From IMG/VR virus record IMGVR_UViG_3300042889_001503, positions 1 to 64,000 of that record: a DNA stretch of 64,000 nt, one strand, 5' to 3'. The position numbers and the translations under genes are program-made. The notes beneath the pieces were generated by a model, which saw only the letters and a program-made list of their open reading frames with translations, was not told where the DNA came from and did not search any database. This document shows, piece by piece, positions 1 to 9,698 of the stretch. Position 1 is the stretch's first letter; each line of letters opens with the position of its first letter.

Positions 1-44
1 TGCCCCGAATAACTATTACGAATAGTCAATTCCGTGTCACTCCC
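1..44 (-). ncRNA. ssrA: probable tmRNA 5' end (truncated by window edge)
   Basis: The minus strand reads GGGAGTGACACGGAATTGAC-N21-GCA. This matches the tmRNA 5' pattern (GGG.. acceptor strand with G3, GG..(T/C)GAC, GCA(T) at about nt 42) and is preceded by a complete Bacteroidetes promoter. Only 44 nt are visible. Confidence 0.55.
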
Positions 45-58
45 ATATTTTGATACCA

Positions 59-89
59 CAAAGATAATACATTTTTGGATAAATCCAAA
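59..89 (-). promoter_or_regulatory. Bacteroidetes-type primary sigma promoter (TTTG-N19-TATCTTTG)
   Basis: Minus strand TTTG at 86-89 and TATCTTTG at 59-66, with a 19 nt spacer. Confidence 0.7.
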
Positions 90-121
90 TAAAATTATAT
101 TTATTATTAAAATAAATATCA

Positions 122-1489
122 ATGCCTAATACAAACGACTCTCACGGGGAATCTAAAATAATATTTGAAGACGAAGATTGGTTAATTGTAGAACCTATGG
201 ACTACGATTCCTATTTATATTATGCTCCGGACAATACAAGATTAATGTGGAAAGATGTTAGGAATGGACAACTATTTTGTATTGTAGATAAGGAGAATAA
301 CGCCGGTCTTGGAGGAGGATTTAGAACTTATATAATTTTCAAAGACGAAGATAATAAAATCTCATATTATAATTGGAATAGTAAACCATTTTCAAAGAGT
401 ACTTTTCTTGAGGCAATACCTGAGGATATTAAACCACAAGTTGTAGAAGTTATTGGTGTTGGTAAAATGTATGATTTATTAACTAGAATTGTTAACGGAG
501 AACCGGTTAGTTCTCGTTGGATGGAAAATGTTGATGAGTCAGTTTATGATTTTAAATACACCCCAAAGGCACCATTTAAAAGTAAAATAGTGTTGAAGTT
601 TGATGACGACGAATATATTAAACTATTTGACCCAAGCGATGACGATATGTGGTACTACAACGTAATTACATCATACTATGATTCATATGAATGGGACGAT
701 GGTTACCAAGCTACCGAGGATTTTGGGGAGGGTTATTTTTTTAGTTACTTTAACGGTGATAACCTTAAAAAAATAAAAGAAATCCTTTCAATTATTGAAC
801 CTAGTTCAGTCCCGTTGGAAACGGATGAACAAAAATCAGATGCTGGTAAAAAATTACTTGATATGTTTGGAAATGAAATTGATAGCATCATCTCGGATTA
901 TACTAGCGAACAAAATCAATGTAAAACCAAAGGGTTTAACACAATGATAAAAAATGATTTTTGTAACGCATTTGACAATTACGGTATTTTTACAAAATAT
1001 TGTCTTACAGAATATTTTACAAGTGTTGGTATGTTATTATCTCTATACGATACGATGGGTGATAAAACATTAACTATAAGTGAATTATTGTTTAGAATAG
1101 GTTCAGAGATGCAGATTGCTGGTTGGAGTGAATATATTTATGAAGTTGATTGTGAGGATTTTGACCAAGAATCATTTGATTCATATACATCAACTAACTT
1201 AGATAAAATTATTGAAAAACTTGAAGATGAATCTCAATATGAAGATATTCACGCATATGGTGACATATACAGAAGACTTGATGCTAAGTTTAAAGTAAAT
1301 AACCGATATAAAACTAAATCCGGAAGAGAATTTTTCTATAGAGGAATTAACGTAAGAAATAACAGAATACTCATTGATGTGTTTAAAAAAGACAATGGAG
1401 GAATGGAAAGTAGAAGTTATACCGAAGAAGAATTTAATAACTTCTTAGTATCTCCGGAATTATTTGAAGGGTTCATTAGAATAAATTAA
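122..1489 (+). CDS. hypothetical protein, acidic (455 aa)
   Basis: Long ORF; TATTTAT motif at 98-104 upstream. Confidence 0.8.
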   Translation: MPNTNDSHGESKIIFEDEDWLIVEPMDYDSYLYYAPDNTRLMWKDVRNGQLFCIVDKENNAGLGGGFRTYIIFKDEDNKISYYNWNSKPFSKSTFLEAIPEDIKPQVVEVIGVGKMYDLLTRIVNGEPVSSRWMENVDESVYDFKYTPKAPFKSKIVLKFDDDEYIKLFDPSDDDMWYYNVITSYYDSYEWDDGYQATEDFGEGYFFSYFNGDNLKKIKEILSIIEPSSVPLETDEQKSDAGKKLLDMFGNEIDSIISDYTSEQNQCKTKGFNTMIKNDFCNAFDNYGIFTKYCLTEYFTSVGMLLSLYDTMGDKTLTISELLFRIGSEMQIAGWSEYIYEVDCEDFDQESFDSYTSTNLDKIIEKLEDESQYEDIHAYGDIYRRLDAKFKVNNRYKTKSGREFFYRGINVRNNRILIDVFKKDNGGMESRSYTEEEFNNFLVSPELFEGFIRIN

Positions 1490-1497
1490 AATAATTC

Positions 1498-1527
1498 TTT
1501 GTTATTTAATTATTTTTTCTATCTTTG
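1498..1527 (+). promoter_or_regulatory. Bacteroidetes-type promoter (TTTG-N18-TATCTTTG)
   Basis: TTTG 1498-1501, TATCTTTG 1520-1527, ATG at 1532. Confidence 0.55.
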
Positions 1528-1531
1528 CTGA

Positions 1532-2350
1532 ATGGAAAGAAATTATCAATTATTAAAAGACGTTTTGTCGGTTCCGACAGTAACATATCAAGAAGACCGT
1601 ATGGTGGAATTTATAACCAATTGGTTAGAAGAAAATGGAATTCCCTTCAATGTGGATGAACATAACAACATTTATGCAATAAAACAAACAGATGAGTTTG
1701 TGGATTACTTCCCCTGTGTAATTGCTCACACTGATACAGTTCATAATATTGACACGATTAATATTCGTGAGGAAATGTTACAAAATAGTCAGTATGAAAT
1801 CAAACCGGCTTTAAAAGCTTATAACGATTTGGGTAACCCAACCGGAATTGGTGGTGATGACAAATGTGGTGTTTATGCGTGTTTAGAACTATTAAAAGAA
1901 TTACCAAATCTGAAAGCCGCGTTCTTTGTATCTGAAGAAACCGGATGTCACGGGTCCAAGAAAGCCGACCCAAACTTCTTTATGAATGTTGGTTATGGTA
2001 TTCAGTTTGATGCTCCGGGAAATACAATGGTTACAGAAATTTGTATGGGAACAAGATTGTTTGATAGAGACAGTGAGTTTTTTGAAACTTGTAACGGTGT
2101 ATTAAATGAGAGTTTCAATGGACGACAAGAATACTTCTCAAACCCTTATACCGATGTTTACGCATTAAAGAACTCTTTTGACTTCGCCTGTATCAATTTT
2201 GCGATAGGTTATTACGACTATCACACAAGAAATGAGTATGTGGTTATCGAGGATGTTTATAATGGAATTGAGACGGGTAAAAAGATGATTCAAGAATTGG
2301 GGAATAAAAAATACCAATATAAAGTAGAATCAAAATTTAAAATGTTTTAA
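1532..2350 (+). CDS. M20/M28-family zinc peptidase
   Basis: Metal-ligand motifs AHTDTV, GGDDKCG, EETG, QFD, YH. Confidence 0.85.
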   Translation: MERNYQLLKDVLSVPTVTYQEDRMVEFITNWLEENGIPFNVDEHNNIYAIKQTDEFVDYFPCVIAHTDTVHNIDTINIREEMLQNSQYEIKPALKAYNDLGNPTGIGGDDKCGVYACLELLKELPNLKAAFFVSEETGCHGSKKADPNFFMNVGYGIQFDAPGNTMVTEICMGTRLFDRDSEFFETCNGVLNESFNGRQEYFSNPYTDVYALKNSFDFACINFAIGYYDYHTRNEYVVIEDVYNGIETGKKMIQELGNKKYQYKVESKFKMF

Positions 2351-2374
2351 GAGACTTCGGTCTCTTTTTTTTTT
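2349..2374 (+). terminator. rho-independent terminator
   Basis: AAGAGAC-TTCG-GTCTCTT followed by a T run. Confidence 0.9.
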
Positions 2375-2401
2375 ATATGATATTTATAAATAAAATATTT
2401 T

Positions 2402-3214
2402 ATGAAAAAACTATATTTCTTAAATGAAGAAGAAAAAAATAGAATTTTAAATCTTCACGAAAGTGCCACAAAACGACAATATTTAAGTGAGCAAATTCCA
2501 TTTGGACCTCAAATACCACCAAACCCATATAAGACAGCCCTTGATAATATGAAAGGTAATGCGAATTGGGAAGGAAAATATTCTTGTGTTCCTAGCCAAG
2601 GGGTTAAACCAACCAAATTAAAAGATGGGTCAACTATGTATATTATTAATGGTGTAAAATACTATAGTAATGGTAGAAAAAAAATGGCTGACGGTAAAAT
2701 GTTAAATTATGCTTGTGAGACGGAATTTATTAAAGAAGGTGAACGACAAACAAATATTACAAAAGTTTATTGTAGTGTTAAAAATGGGATGATAACAACC
2801 GGAAGTCTTAAAAATTCACCATGGAACGACTATGTTAAATCTTTTAAAATAACTAGTCAAGAAATAGAAACGGCTAAAAAATCTTGTCCTAAAACTAATA
2901 AAACTAAACAAAGTTCTGGTAATAGACAACAAATTATTTCTCAAACAGAAAATAACACAAAGGCAATTCAGAAATTATTAAAGTTACCTGAAACGGGGAT
3001 TATGGATACAACATTATTACAAAAAATTAATGAAGTGTTAAATGGTGGGGGACAACAAGCTCAACCAAGACCTCAAGTTGAACCAATCCAACAACTGACT
3101 CCGGCAGGTGTTAAAACACAACAATTAACAACTATGTCTCCGGAACAATTAACCGCAGGGTTGCAACAAATGCAACAAAAAGCTGCCGCTGCAACCGCAG
3201 GATTAAAACGATAA
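2402..3214 (+). CDS. putative internal virion protein with shared N-terminal leader and weak PG-binding-like segment
   Basis: Leader EEEKNRILNLHESATKRQYLSEQ; segment KAIQKLLKLPETGIMDTTLL; TATTTAT at 2381. Confidence 0.7.
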   Translation: MKKLYFLNEEEKNRILNLHESATKRQYLSEQIPFGPQIPPNPYKTALDNMKGNANWEGKYSCVPSQGVKPTKLKDGSTMYIINGVKYYSNGRKKMADGKMLNYACETEFIKEGERQTNITKVYCSVKNGMITTGSLKNSPWNDYVKSFKITSQEIETAKKSCPKTNKTKQSSGNRQQIISQTENNTKAIQKLLKLPETGIMDTTLLQKINEVLNGGGQQAQPRPQVEPIQQLTPAGVKTQQLTTMSPEQLTAGLQQMQQKAAAATAGLKR

Positions 3215-3223
3215 TATATAAAG

Positions 3224-3871
3224 ATGAAAAAAGTTATATTAGAAGAAATTGAAAATATGAAATACCTTTTGGGGTATAAAAGAGGTGTTGTTATTTCTGA
3301 ACAAGAAGAAAAAAATGATTTGATTGATAAATACTCAACTAAATCAATATCAAATTCTATCGATTCAGGTGATTACTCAAATCTTGACCCAAGAGTTGCT
3401 GATGCAATTAAACAATCTCAGAATATGGTTGGTGGACAATCTATTTTACCTAACTCAACTTCAGGAACTACGTCAGGAACTACGTCAGGAACTACTTCAG
3501 GAACTACGTCAGGAGCAACAACTCCGGCACCATCAACCCCTGCAACACCAATAAAAATCGGTGTAAAATATCCATCAATAATGGAATTACAAAATTCATT
3601 AAATACTAAATTTCAATCAGGATTAACTCCGGATGGTATGTATGGACCTAAAACCTCATCAAGTATTTTAGCAGCATTAACAAAAACATCAACAACAACC
3701 ACCGCAAATACGACACCGGTAAATACTGTTGTTGGTGGTGACGCATCATCTGAAGCGATTAAAAAAACCGCTGAGGCAAATGCTTCAATATCTAAAGGTG
3801 TTGTTGCTAATGCACCAAAACCGGCAGCAAATTCTAATTTTGCTGAAGTAGACGGTGGTGATTTTACATAA
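3224..3871 (+). CDS. putative internal virion protein with leader, SGTT repeats and PG_binding_1-like domain
   Basis: Leader EEIENMKYLLGY..ISEQ; segment ELQNSLN..LTPDGMYGPKT. Confidence 0.7.
   Translation: MKKVILEEIENMKYLLGYKRGVVISEQEEKNDLIDKYSTKSISNSIDSGDYSNLDPRVADAIKQSQNMVGGQSILPNSTSGTTSGTTSGTTSGTTSGATTPAPSTPATPIKIGVKYPSIMELQNSLNTKFQSGLTPDGMYGPKTSSSILAALTKTSTTTTANTTPVNTVVGGDASSEAIKKTAEANASISKGVVANAPKPAANSNFAEVDGGDFT
3461..3520 (+). repeat. 12-bp tandem repeat (TCAGGAACTACG, about 5 copies) encoding SGTT
   Basis: Directly visible in the sequence. Confidence 0.95.
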
Positions 3872-3897
3872 AATATAAACAATAAAAAATAAAAAAA

Positions 3898-4335
3898 ATG
3901 AAAAATTTATTCAACAGTATTTCTCAAGAAGAAAAAAATAGAATACTTGAGATGCACTCAGGTAAAAAAAATGTAATATCTGAACAATCTGAACACGGAA
4001 AAGGGGCGATTATTCCTGAACCTAAAAAAAATAAAGTTGCAACACCACAGATGTTAGATAAAGTTTTAAAAAAACTTAATTATGATATTGAAACAGGGGG
4101 TTCTAAATTAAAATTTATGAAAAATATACCTGAAAAAAAATTAACTTTATTTGTTACTTTTACTCCGGAATATGCGATTGTTAATAAGAAAAAAGATAAA
4201 GAACCAACTCAAACAGGAACTGATGGTAAAATTCACGGAATGGGATTAGCGATTCCAGCTGAAAAGTTTCCTTTATTGTTGAAACCTAATACTCTAAAAG
4301 AATTTGAAAAATTTCTTATGAGTTGTGAAAAATAA
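3898..4335 (+). CDS. putative internal virion protein with shared leader
   Basis: Leader SQEEKNRILEMHSGKKNVISEQ. Confidence 0.7.
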   Translation: MKNLFNSISQEEKNRILEMHSGKKNVISEQSEHGKGAIIPEPKKNKVATPQMLDKVLKKLNYDIETGGSKLKFMKNIPEKKLTLFVTFTPEYAIVNKKKDKEPTQTGTDGKIHGMGLAIPAEKFPLLLKPNTLKEFEKFLMSCEK

Positions 4336-4337
4336 TA

Positions 4338-4367
4338 AAAAAAAGAGGACTATTTGTCCTCTTTTTT
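4338..4367. terminator. bidirectional terminator between convergent genes
   Basis: A run-GAGGAC-TATTT-GTCCTC-T run. Confidence 0.85.
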
Positions 4368-6395
4368 CTTTCTACTCTTTTTTACCTCTTCCGGTTTAAC
4401 TACCACTTCTTTCTCTACGGAGATAAGGGTGTATGGAACACCCTCCACCATATTTCCTTTGATAATCTCTTCGGACACAAAATCCTCAATTTTATCTTGG
4501 ATTGCTCTTTTGATTGGTCTAGCCCCGTAGGTCTCATCAAATCCAACTTCAGATATTAGTTCTAAAATAGTTTCATCAAATGTGATGTCATATTTCAACC
4601 CAACTAGTCTGTTGGATAATTTATCCAATTCCAATTTAACAATTTTCTTAACGTCTTCCTTAACCAAAGAATTAAAGATAACTACCTCATCAATTCTGTT
4701 TAAGAATTCCGGAGTAAAAAATTTCTTAAGTTCTTTTTTAAGTGTCTCACGTTTGTATTCTTCTTCCACATAAGAACTAGCACCTGTTTTGAAACCAACC
4801 CCTGAACCAAAATCTTGTAATTTTTTAGCTCCAACATTAGATGTCATAATGATGACACAATTTTTGAAGTTAATCTTTCTCCCCATACCATCGGTAAGGT
4901 GACCGTCGTCTAATACTTGAAGAAGTGTTGAGAAGATATCTTTGTTTGCTTTCTCAATCTCATCAAATAGAATTACAGAATAAGGTTTGTTTTTCACCTG
5001 TTCAGTTAATTGTCCCCCCTCATCGTATCCAACGTATCCCGGAGGTGCACCAATCAATCTTGAAATGGTGTGTTTCTCTTGGTATTCAGACATATCCACA
5101 CGAATCATATTATCTTCACTACCAAACATTTGTTTCGCTAGTTGTTTTGCCAAGTATGTTTTACCCACACCTGTTGACCCTAAGAAGATGAATGAACCGA
5201 TTGGTTTGTTCGGGTCCTTGATACCAATTCTATTTCTACGGATTGACTTTGCAATCTTTGAAACAGCTTCTGCTTGTCCAATTACTTTATCAGATAGATT
5301 CGCCTCCATCTCAGATAATAGTTTGGTTTCATCTGCATTTAATTTGGTTACCGGGATTTTAGTCATATTGGAAACAACCTCATAAACTAAATCAAGGGTG
5401 ATAACTTTCTTGTGAGTAAGAAGTTCTTCCTCAAACTTTTTCTTTTCAGTCTCAAGTTTAGTTAAGATACGTTTTTCTTTATCACGTAGGTTTGCTGCCT
5501 CTTCATATCGTTGTTGTTTTACAACGTCCACCTTTTCTTGTTTGATGTCGGCAGCTTGTTGTTTCAACTTCTCGATTGATTCCGGCATTTTAATTTCCAC
5601 TTGACTTCTCGCTCCAACCTCATCGATGATGTCAAACCCTTTGTCCGGGAATTCTCTATCGGTGATGTATCTGTCGGCTAAGTCAACACATACTGACAAT
5701 ACTTCATCCGTATAAGTTACCTTATGGAAGTTCTCGTATTTGTCTTTTACGTTTTTAAGGATTTCTAAAGTTTCAGCTTTGGTTGCTGAATCCACAACAA
5801 CTTTTTGGAAACGTCTTTCTAACGCTCCGTCCTTCTCAAAGTTTTTTCTATACTCATCCAAGGTTGTTGCTCCAACACATTGAATCTCCCCACGGGCAAG
5901 TGCCGGTTTAAAGATGTTTGATGCGTCCATTGAACCTGATGAATTTCCTGCACCAACTATGGTGTGGATTTCGTCAATGAATACGATGATGTTTGGTGCG
6001 TTTTGAAGTTCTTCGATGATTACTTTCATTCTTTCTTCAAATTGTCCACGGTATTTGGTTCCGGCAACAATTGATGTCATATCTAAGGATACGATACGTT
6101 TGTCCATTAAGTTTCTTGGACATTCCCCATTATAAATCATAATGGCAAGACCTTCAACGATTGCGGTTTTACCACAACCAGGTTCACCAATGATTATTGG
6201 GTTATTTTTCTTTCTACGTGAAAGGATTTGAGCAATTCGAGTAATTTCTCTTTCTCTACCAATAACCGGGTCAAGTTTACCCTCTTCGGCAAGTTTTATC
6301 AAATCTCTACTAAAATTGTCTAATACGGGTGTTGATGAGTCAGTCTTAACTGCTTTATTACCACCATTACTTCCACCATCCATAGATTCTGTCAT
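4350..6395 (-). CDS. clpC: ClpC-like AAA+ ATPase lacking the N-terminal domain
   Basis: Two Walker A motifs ([16 protein letters not shown]), [17 protein letters not shown], a UVR-like middle domain ([12 protein letters not shown]) and a VGF ClpP-docking loop. Confidence 0.9.
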   Translation of the reverse strand: MTESMDGGSNGGNKAVKTDSSTPVLDNFSRDLIKLAEEGKLDPVIGREREITRIAQILSRRKKNNPIIIGEPGCGKTAIVEGLAIMIYNGECPRNLMDKRIVSLDMTSIVAGTKYRGQFEERMKVIIEELQNAPNIIVFIDEIHTIVGAGNSSGSMDASNIFKPALARGEIQCVGATTLDEYRKNFEKDGALERRFQKVVVDSATKAETLEILKNVKDKYENFHKVTYTDEVLSVCVDLADRYITDREFPDKGFDIIDEVGARSQVEIKMPESIEKLKQQAADIKQEKVDVVKQQRYEEAANLRDKEKRILTKLETEKKKFEEELLTHKKVITLDLVYEVVSNMTKIPVTKLNADETKLLSEMEANLSDKVIGQAEAVSKIAKSIRRNRIGIKDPNKPIGSFIFLGSTGVGKTYLAKQLAKQMFGSEDNMIRVDMSEYQEKHTISRLIGAPPGYVGYDEGGQLTEQVKNKPYSVILFDEIEKANKDIFSTLLQVLDDGHLTDGMGRKINFKNCVIIMTSNVGAKKLQDFGSGVGFKTGASSYVEEEYKRETLKKELKKFFTPEFLNRIDEVVIFNSLVKEDVKKIVKLELDKLSNRLVGLKYDITFDETILELISEVGFDETYGARPIKRAIQDKIEDFVSEEIIKGNMVEGVPYTLISVEKEVVVKPEEVKKSRKKKEDK

Positions 6396-6451
6396 AATTT
6401 ATTTGTTTTAATTAAGTATAAGGATTATTTTCACTTTTTCAAATGATTCTA

Positions 6452-6482
6452 CAAAAGTAATACAAATAATTGGATGGACAAA
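6452..6482 (-). promoter_or_regulatory. Bacteroidetes-type promoter for clpC (TTTG-N19-TACTTTTG)
   Basis: Minus strand TTTG at 6479-6482 and TACTTTTG at 6452-6459. Confidence 0.7.
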
Positions 6483-6507
6483 ACAAATTTTAATTATATT
6501 TATCAAT

Positions 6508-6849
6508 ATGGAAAAAAGACCCGCTTGGAAAAAATATATGGACTTGGTTCATCCGGAATCTGAATTAACTGATGTCTACAGAAAAATTCGTCACGCCTTC
6601 CAAAGAGAGGGTTGGACTCAAGAACAATTGGAGAAACCCCCGTATTATCCTCAGGATATTATGAATTACTATCAAAAAATATCTAATTTAGTGACTGACT
6701 TAAAAACTGAGATGAAAACTTATTTTGGTGATATTGACTCTGACGAATTTACTGATTACATTCATAGTAAATTAAAACATATAGATTTAGAAACACCTTT
6801 AAGAGATGGCAATATTAAAAGAAACAATTCAAGGGACGAAGATAATTAA
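6508..6849 (+). CDS. hypothetical protein
   Basis: ORF with TATTTAT at 6497-6503. Confidence 0.65.
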   Translation: MEKRPAWKKYMDLVHPESELTDVYRKIRHAFQREGWTQEQLEKPPYYPQDIMNYYQKISNLVTDLKTEMKTYFGDIDSDEFTDYIHSKLKHIDLETPLRDGNIKRNNSRDEDN

Positions 6850-7048
6850 TGAAATCCAATCGTCAAATGTTAAAAAAACAGAATACGATACTGAAACTAA
6901 AGTAATGTTAGTTGAGTTTAATAATGGACAAAAATACGAGTATGATGAGGTTCCTCACCAAGTATATACTCAATTCAGAATGGCGGAATCTCAAGGGAAA
7001 TTCTTCTCAACAAAAATAGTTAAAACATACAAACACAAAAAACTTTAA
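6806..7048 (+). CDS. KTSC domain protein
   Basis: SSNV..YD....LVEFNNG..YEY..VP..VY..F..AESQGKFF pattern. Confidence 0.85.
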   Translation: MAILKETIQGTKIINEIQSSNVKKTEYDTETKVMLVEFNNGQKYEYDEVPHQVYTQFRMAESQGKFFSTKIVKTYKHKKL

Positions 7049-7078
7049 CAATTATAGATATTTAAGTATTTATAGTTA

Positions 7079-7855
7079 ATGAGTAATCTAAAAAGTATAT
7101 TATCTAGCTTTCATTTACAGGATGAACTAAATCCTAAGATTTGGGAATTACCTAATGAACGTGATATGTCCGACCCAAAAGGTCAGGTTGAAGTGATGGT
7201 TCCTAAGGTTAGAGAACGTCTATTAGAAATCGCCTATGAGTTCATAGAATTCTTAGGGGTTGATGTTATTATATCCGATGTTGTAATGACGGGTTCATTA
7301 GCCAATTACAATTGGTCCAAATATTCTGATGTTGATTTACACTTAATTGCCGACTTTGAACAATTCTCAGAAAAAGAACTCCCATTATATGAGGAACTCT
7401 TCAAATTAAAAAAAACTTTATTTAACGACAAACACAACATCAAAATCTATGGTTATGATGTAGAACTTTATGTCCAAGACGAAGTTGAATCTCATTTTAG
7501 TAGTGGGGAATATTCAGTTTTATTTAATGAATGGAAAACCAAACCGTCAAAAGAAAATGTTGAGATTGACACTAACTTAATTAAAACCAAATCTGAACAT
7601 TGGATGAAAACAATTGATGAGGTTATTGATGACGTAAAAGAAGAACCATTACAGTCCGGAGTTGAGAGTATCAATAAGGTTAAGGATAAATTAAAAAAAT
7701 ATAGAACTGCCGGATTAGAAGATGGTGGTGAAATGTCTGATGAAAATTTAGTATTCAAAGTTTTGAGAAGAAATGGGTACATTCAAAAACTTTTTGATTT
7801 TCAAAATGAATACCAAGACAATAAACTTTCTTTGAAAGAAAAATCAATTAATTAG
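7079..7855 (+). CDS. nucleotidyltransferase (Pol-beta superfamily)
   Basis: TGSLANYNWSKYSDVDLH (GS..DxD) and a downstream VELY motif. Confidence 0.8.
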   Translation: MSNLKSILSSFHLQDELNPKIWELPNERDMSDPKGQVEVMVPKVRERLLEIAYEFIEFLGVDVIISDVVMTGSLANYNWSKYSDVDLHLIADFEQFSEKELPLYEELFKLKKTLFNDKHNIKIYGYDVELYVQDEVESHFSSGEYSVLFNEWKTKPSKENVEIDTNLIKTKSEHWMKTIDEVIDDVKEEPLQSGVESINKVKDKLKKYRTAGLEDGGEMSDENLVFKVLRRNGYIQKLFDFQNEYQDNKLSLKEKSIN

Positions 7856-7935
7856 TAGAAATAACGACAGAATTATAACATTTTTAATTCTGAACATATT
7901 TATATATAAAATAATTCCAAACAAAAACACATAAA

Positions 7936-9288
7936 ATGGGAAACAATTTAAAACCGGTTGGTAGCGAAAAACTACAAGGAATGGAAAAAGTTCAACGTAT
8001 CATGGAAATCGCTAGATATAAGGAGAATATTCCAAACCCTATTAATGAAGATAAATCTACAGAATATACTAAAGTTTTAGCGAACGGTAGAACTTATAAA
8101 ATTGATAAGGAAAGAAATGGTTACGTACTTAAAAGTAGTATAAATGAATCAGCTAATGAGTTCGATTATATGGAGCCTATGAAAAATAGAAAATATTATT
8201 CTTCATATTCTCAAGCGTTGAAACGTCTTAACCTAGTTGCTAAAGAAGTTAACGTTAACGAAGGTAGTGAGAAAAACGTTAATTTATTTTATGAAAGTGA
8301 AAACGATGCAACCAAATACATTTTAAAAATGAAAGGTGGGGAAACTGACGAACAAGTTGCTCCGGCACCCGCTCCATCTGCGGCTCCTGCTCCGGCACCC
8401 GCTCCTGCTCCGGCACCCGCTCCGGCACCTGAAGAGATGTCAGAACCGGCACCTGAAGATATGGATTTAGGTGATGATATGGAAGATGACGACAACAATG
8501 AAGAAGTTACTTTAAAATCTATTCAAAAATTGACAGGTAAATTAGCTCAAAAATTAAGAGCGTTCCAAGAAACAGAAGAAGGTCAAGATATGACATCTAA
8601 AGATTCAAAATATGTTATTAACTCAATTTTGTCCGCAATAGATTTAGAATCTATTGATGATGAAGACAAAGAAGAAATTGTTAATAAAATTGAAGGTACT
8701 GAAGATGAAGGTATGGGAGATTTTAACCCTGATGATATGGGTGATAATGAAGCTGATTTTGGTGACGAAATGGGAGATGAAGAACCGGTTGCCCCTGAAG
8801 GAGAAATGGGTGAAGGTTTTGATGATTTTGAAATGAAATCAAGATTCAGAGATTTTGATGATGACGAATTTAGTGAAATTAATTTAGAAAAAGATTTTGA
8901 TTTTAAACCAAGACACCCAAAACATAGAAGTTTAAATCATCCTGATATTGACTCTAAACACTCAGGTCACATTGAAGATATGATTGAAGGAATTTTTACT
9001 GAATCTAAAGTTGATAAAATTATAGAAGGTTATTTTAAATTGAACGATAAAGAACAACAATTATTAGAATCTAAAAAAAGACAATCTAAATTAGTAACTG
9101 AAAATAAAAAAGCTAAAATTAATAAAATAAAACAATTGTCTGAAAGTATCTCTCAAGAAGTTGGTGCTAGAAAATTAATGGAAAAATATCCAAACGCTAA
9201 GTTGGTTGGTAAAACAAACAGACAAAATTTAGTATTTGAAATGAATGACAAACAATTAAGAGTTAATACAAAAGGTCAGGTTATATAA
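7936..9288 (+). CDS. acidic prohead core-like/internal protein with AP repeat
   Basis: D/E-rich; (AP)n linker; repeated [ILV]-N-E sites; TATTTAT at 7897. Confidence 0.6.
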   Translation: MGNNLKPVGSEKLQGMEKVQRIMEIARYKENIPNPINEDKSTEYTKVLANGRTYKIDKERNGYVLKSSINESANEFDYMEPMKNRKYYSSYSQALKRLNLVAKEVNVNEGSEKNVNLFYESENDATKYILKMKGGETDEQVAPAPAPSAAPAPAPAPAPAPAPAPEEMSEPAPEDMDLGDDMEDDDNNEEVTLKSIQKLTGKLAQKLRAFQETEEGQDMTSKDSKYVINSILSAIDLESIDDEDKEEIVNKIEGTEDEGMGDFNPDDMGDNEADFGDEMGDEEPVAPEGEMGEGFDDFEMKSRFRDFDDDEFSEINLEKDFDFKPRHPKHRSLNHPDIDSKHSGHIEDMIEGIFTESKVDKIIEGYFKLNDKEQQLLESKKRQSKLVTENKKAKINKIKQLSESISQEVGARKLMEKYPNAKLVGKTNRQNLVFEMNDKQLRVNTKGQVI

Positions 9289-9698
9289 TGAGTTATTTAA
9301 TATATGTTAATGAATTAGGTCCTAATTATAAAGGTGATAACATATATGAATTTATTTTCTCGGATAGTTCAGAAGACGTTTGGGGTGAATCTTGGGAATC
9401 AAAACCGTCTAACGGTTACCCACTCCCACCGGACATAGAACACATAAAAACAGTAGGAGTTTTGAAGAATGACCAAATCACAATGTCAGTAATTCAAAAC
9501 TCTGACTATTTTTCGATGATAGATTCAATGGATGATATAATCGCATTATGTTGGGAAAACGAAAGTGAAGACGTTGATTTCACACGTCAAAGAAGATTGG
9601 TGTTTAAGTTTGGAGAAACAGAACAATCAGTCAAAGATAAATTATACGAAAGAGATATCGTATTAGAGTTTGAAAAAAAAATCGAATATGAACACTAA
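9288..9698 (+). CDS. hypothetical protein
   Basis: ORF overlapping the upstream stop (TAATG). Confidence 0.75.
   Translation: MSYLIYVNELGPNYKGDNIYEFIFSDSSEDVWGESWESKPSNGYPLPPDIEHIKTVGVLKNDQITMSVIQNSDYFSMIDSMDDIIALCWENESEDVDFTRQRRLVFKFGETEQSVKDKLYERDIVLEFEKKIEYEH

Noticed and set aside
26-46. Six-codon ORF MGVTRN on the minus strand
   Set aside because: Too short; the sequence is better explained as a tmRNA 5' end
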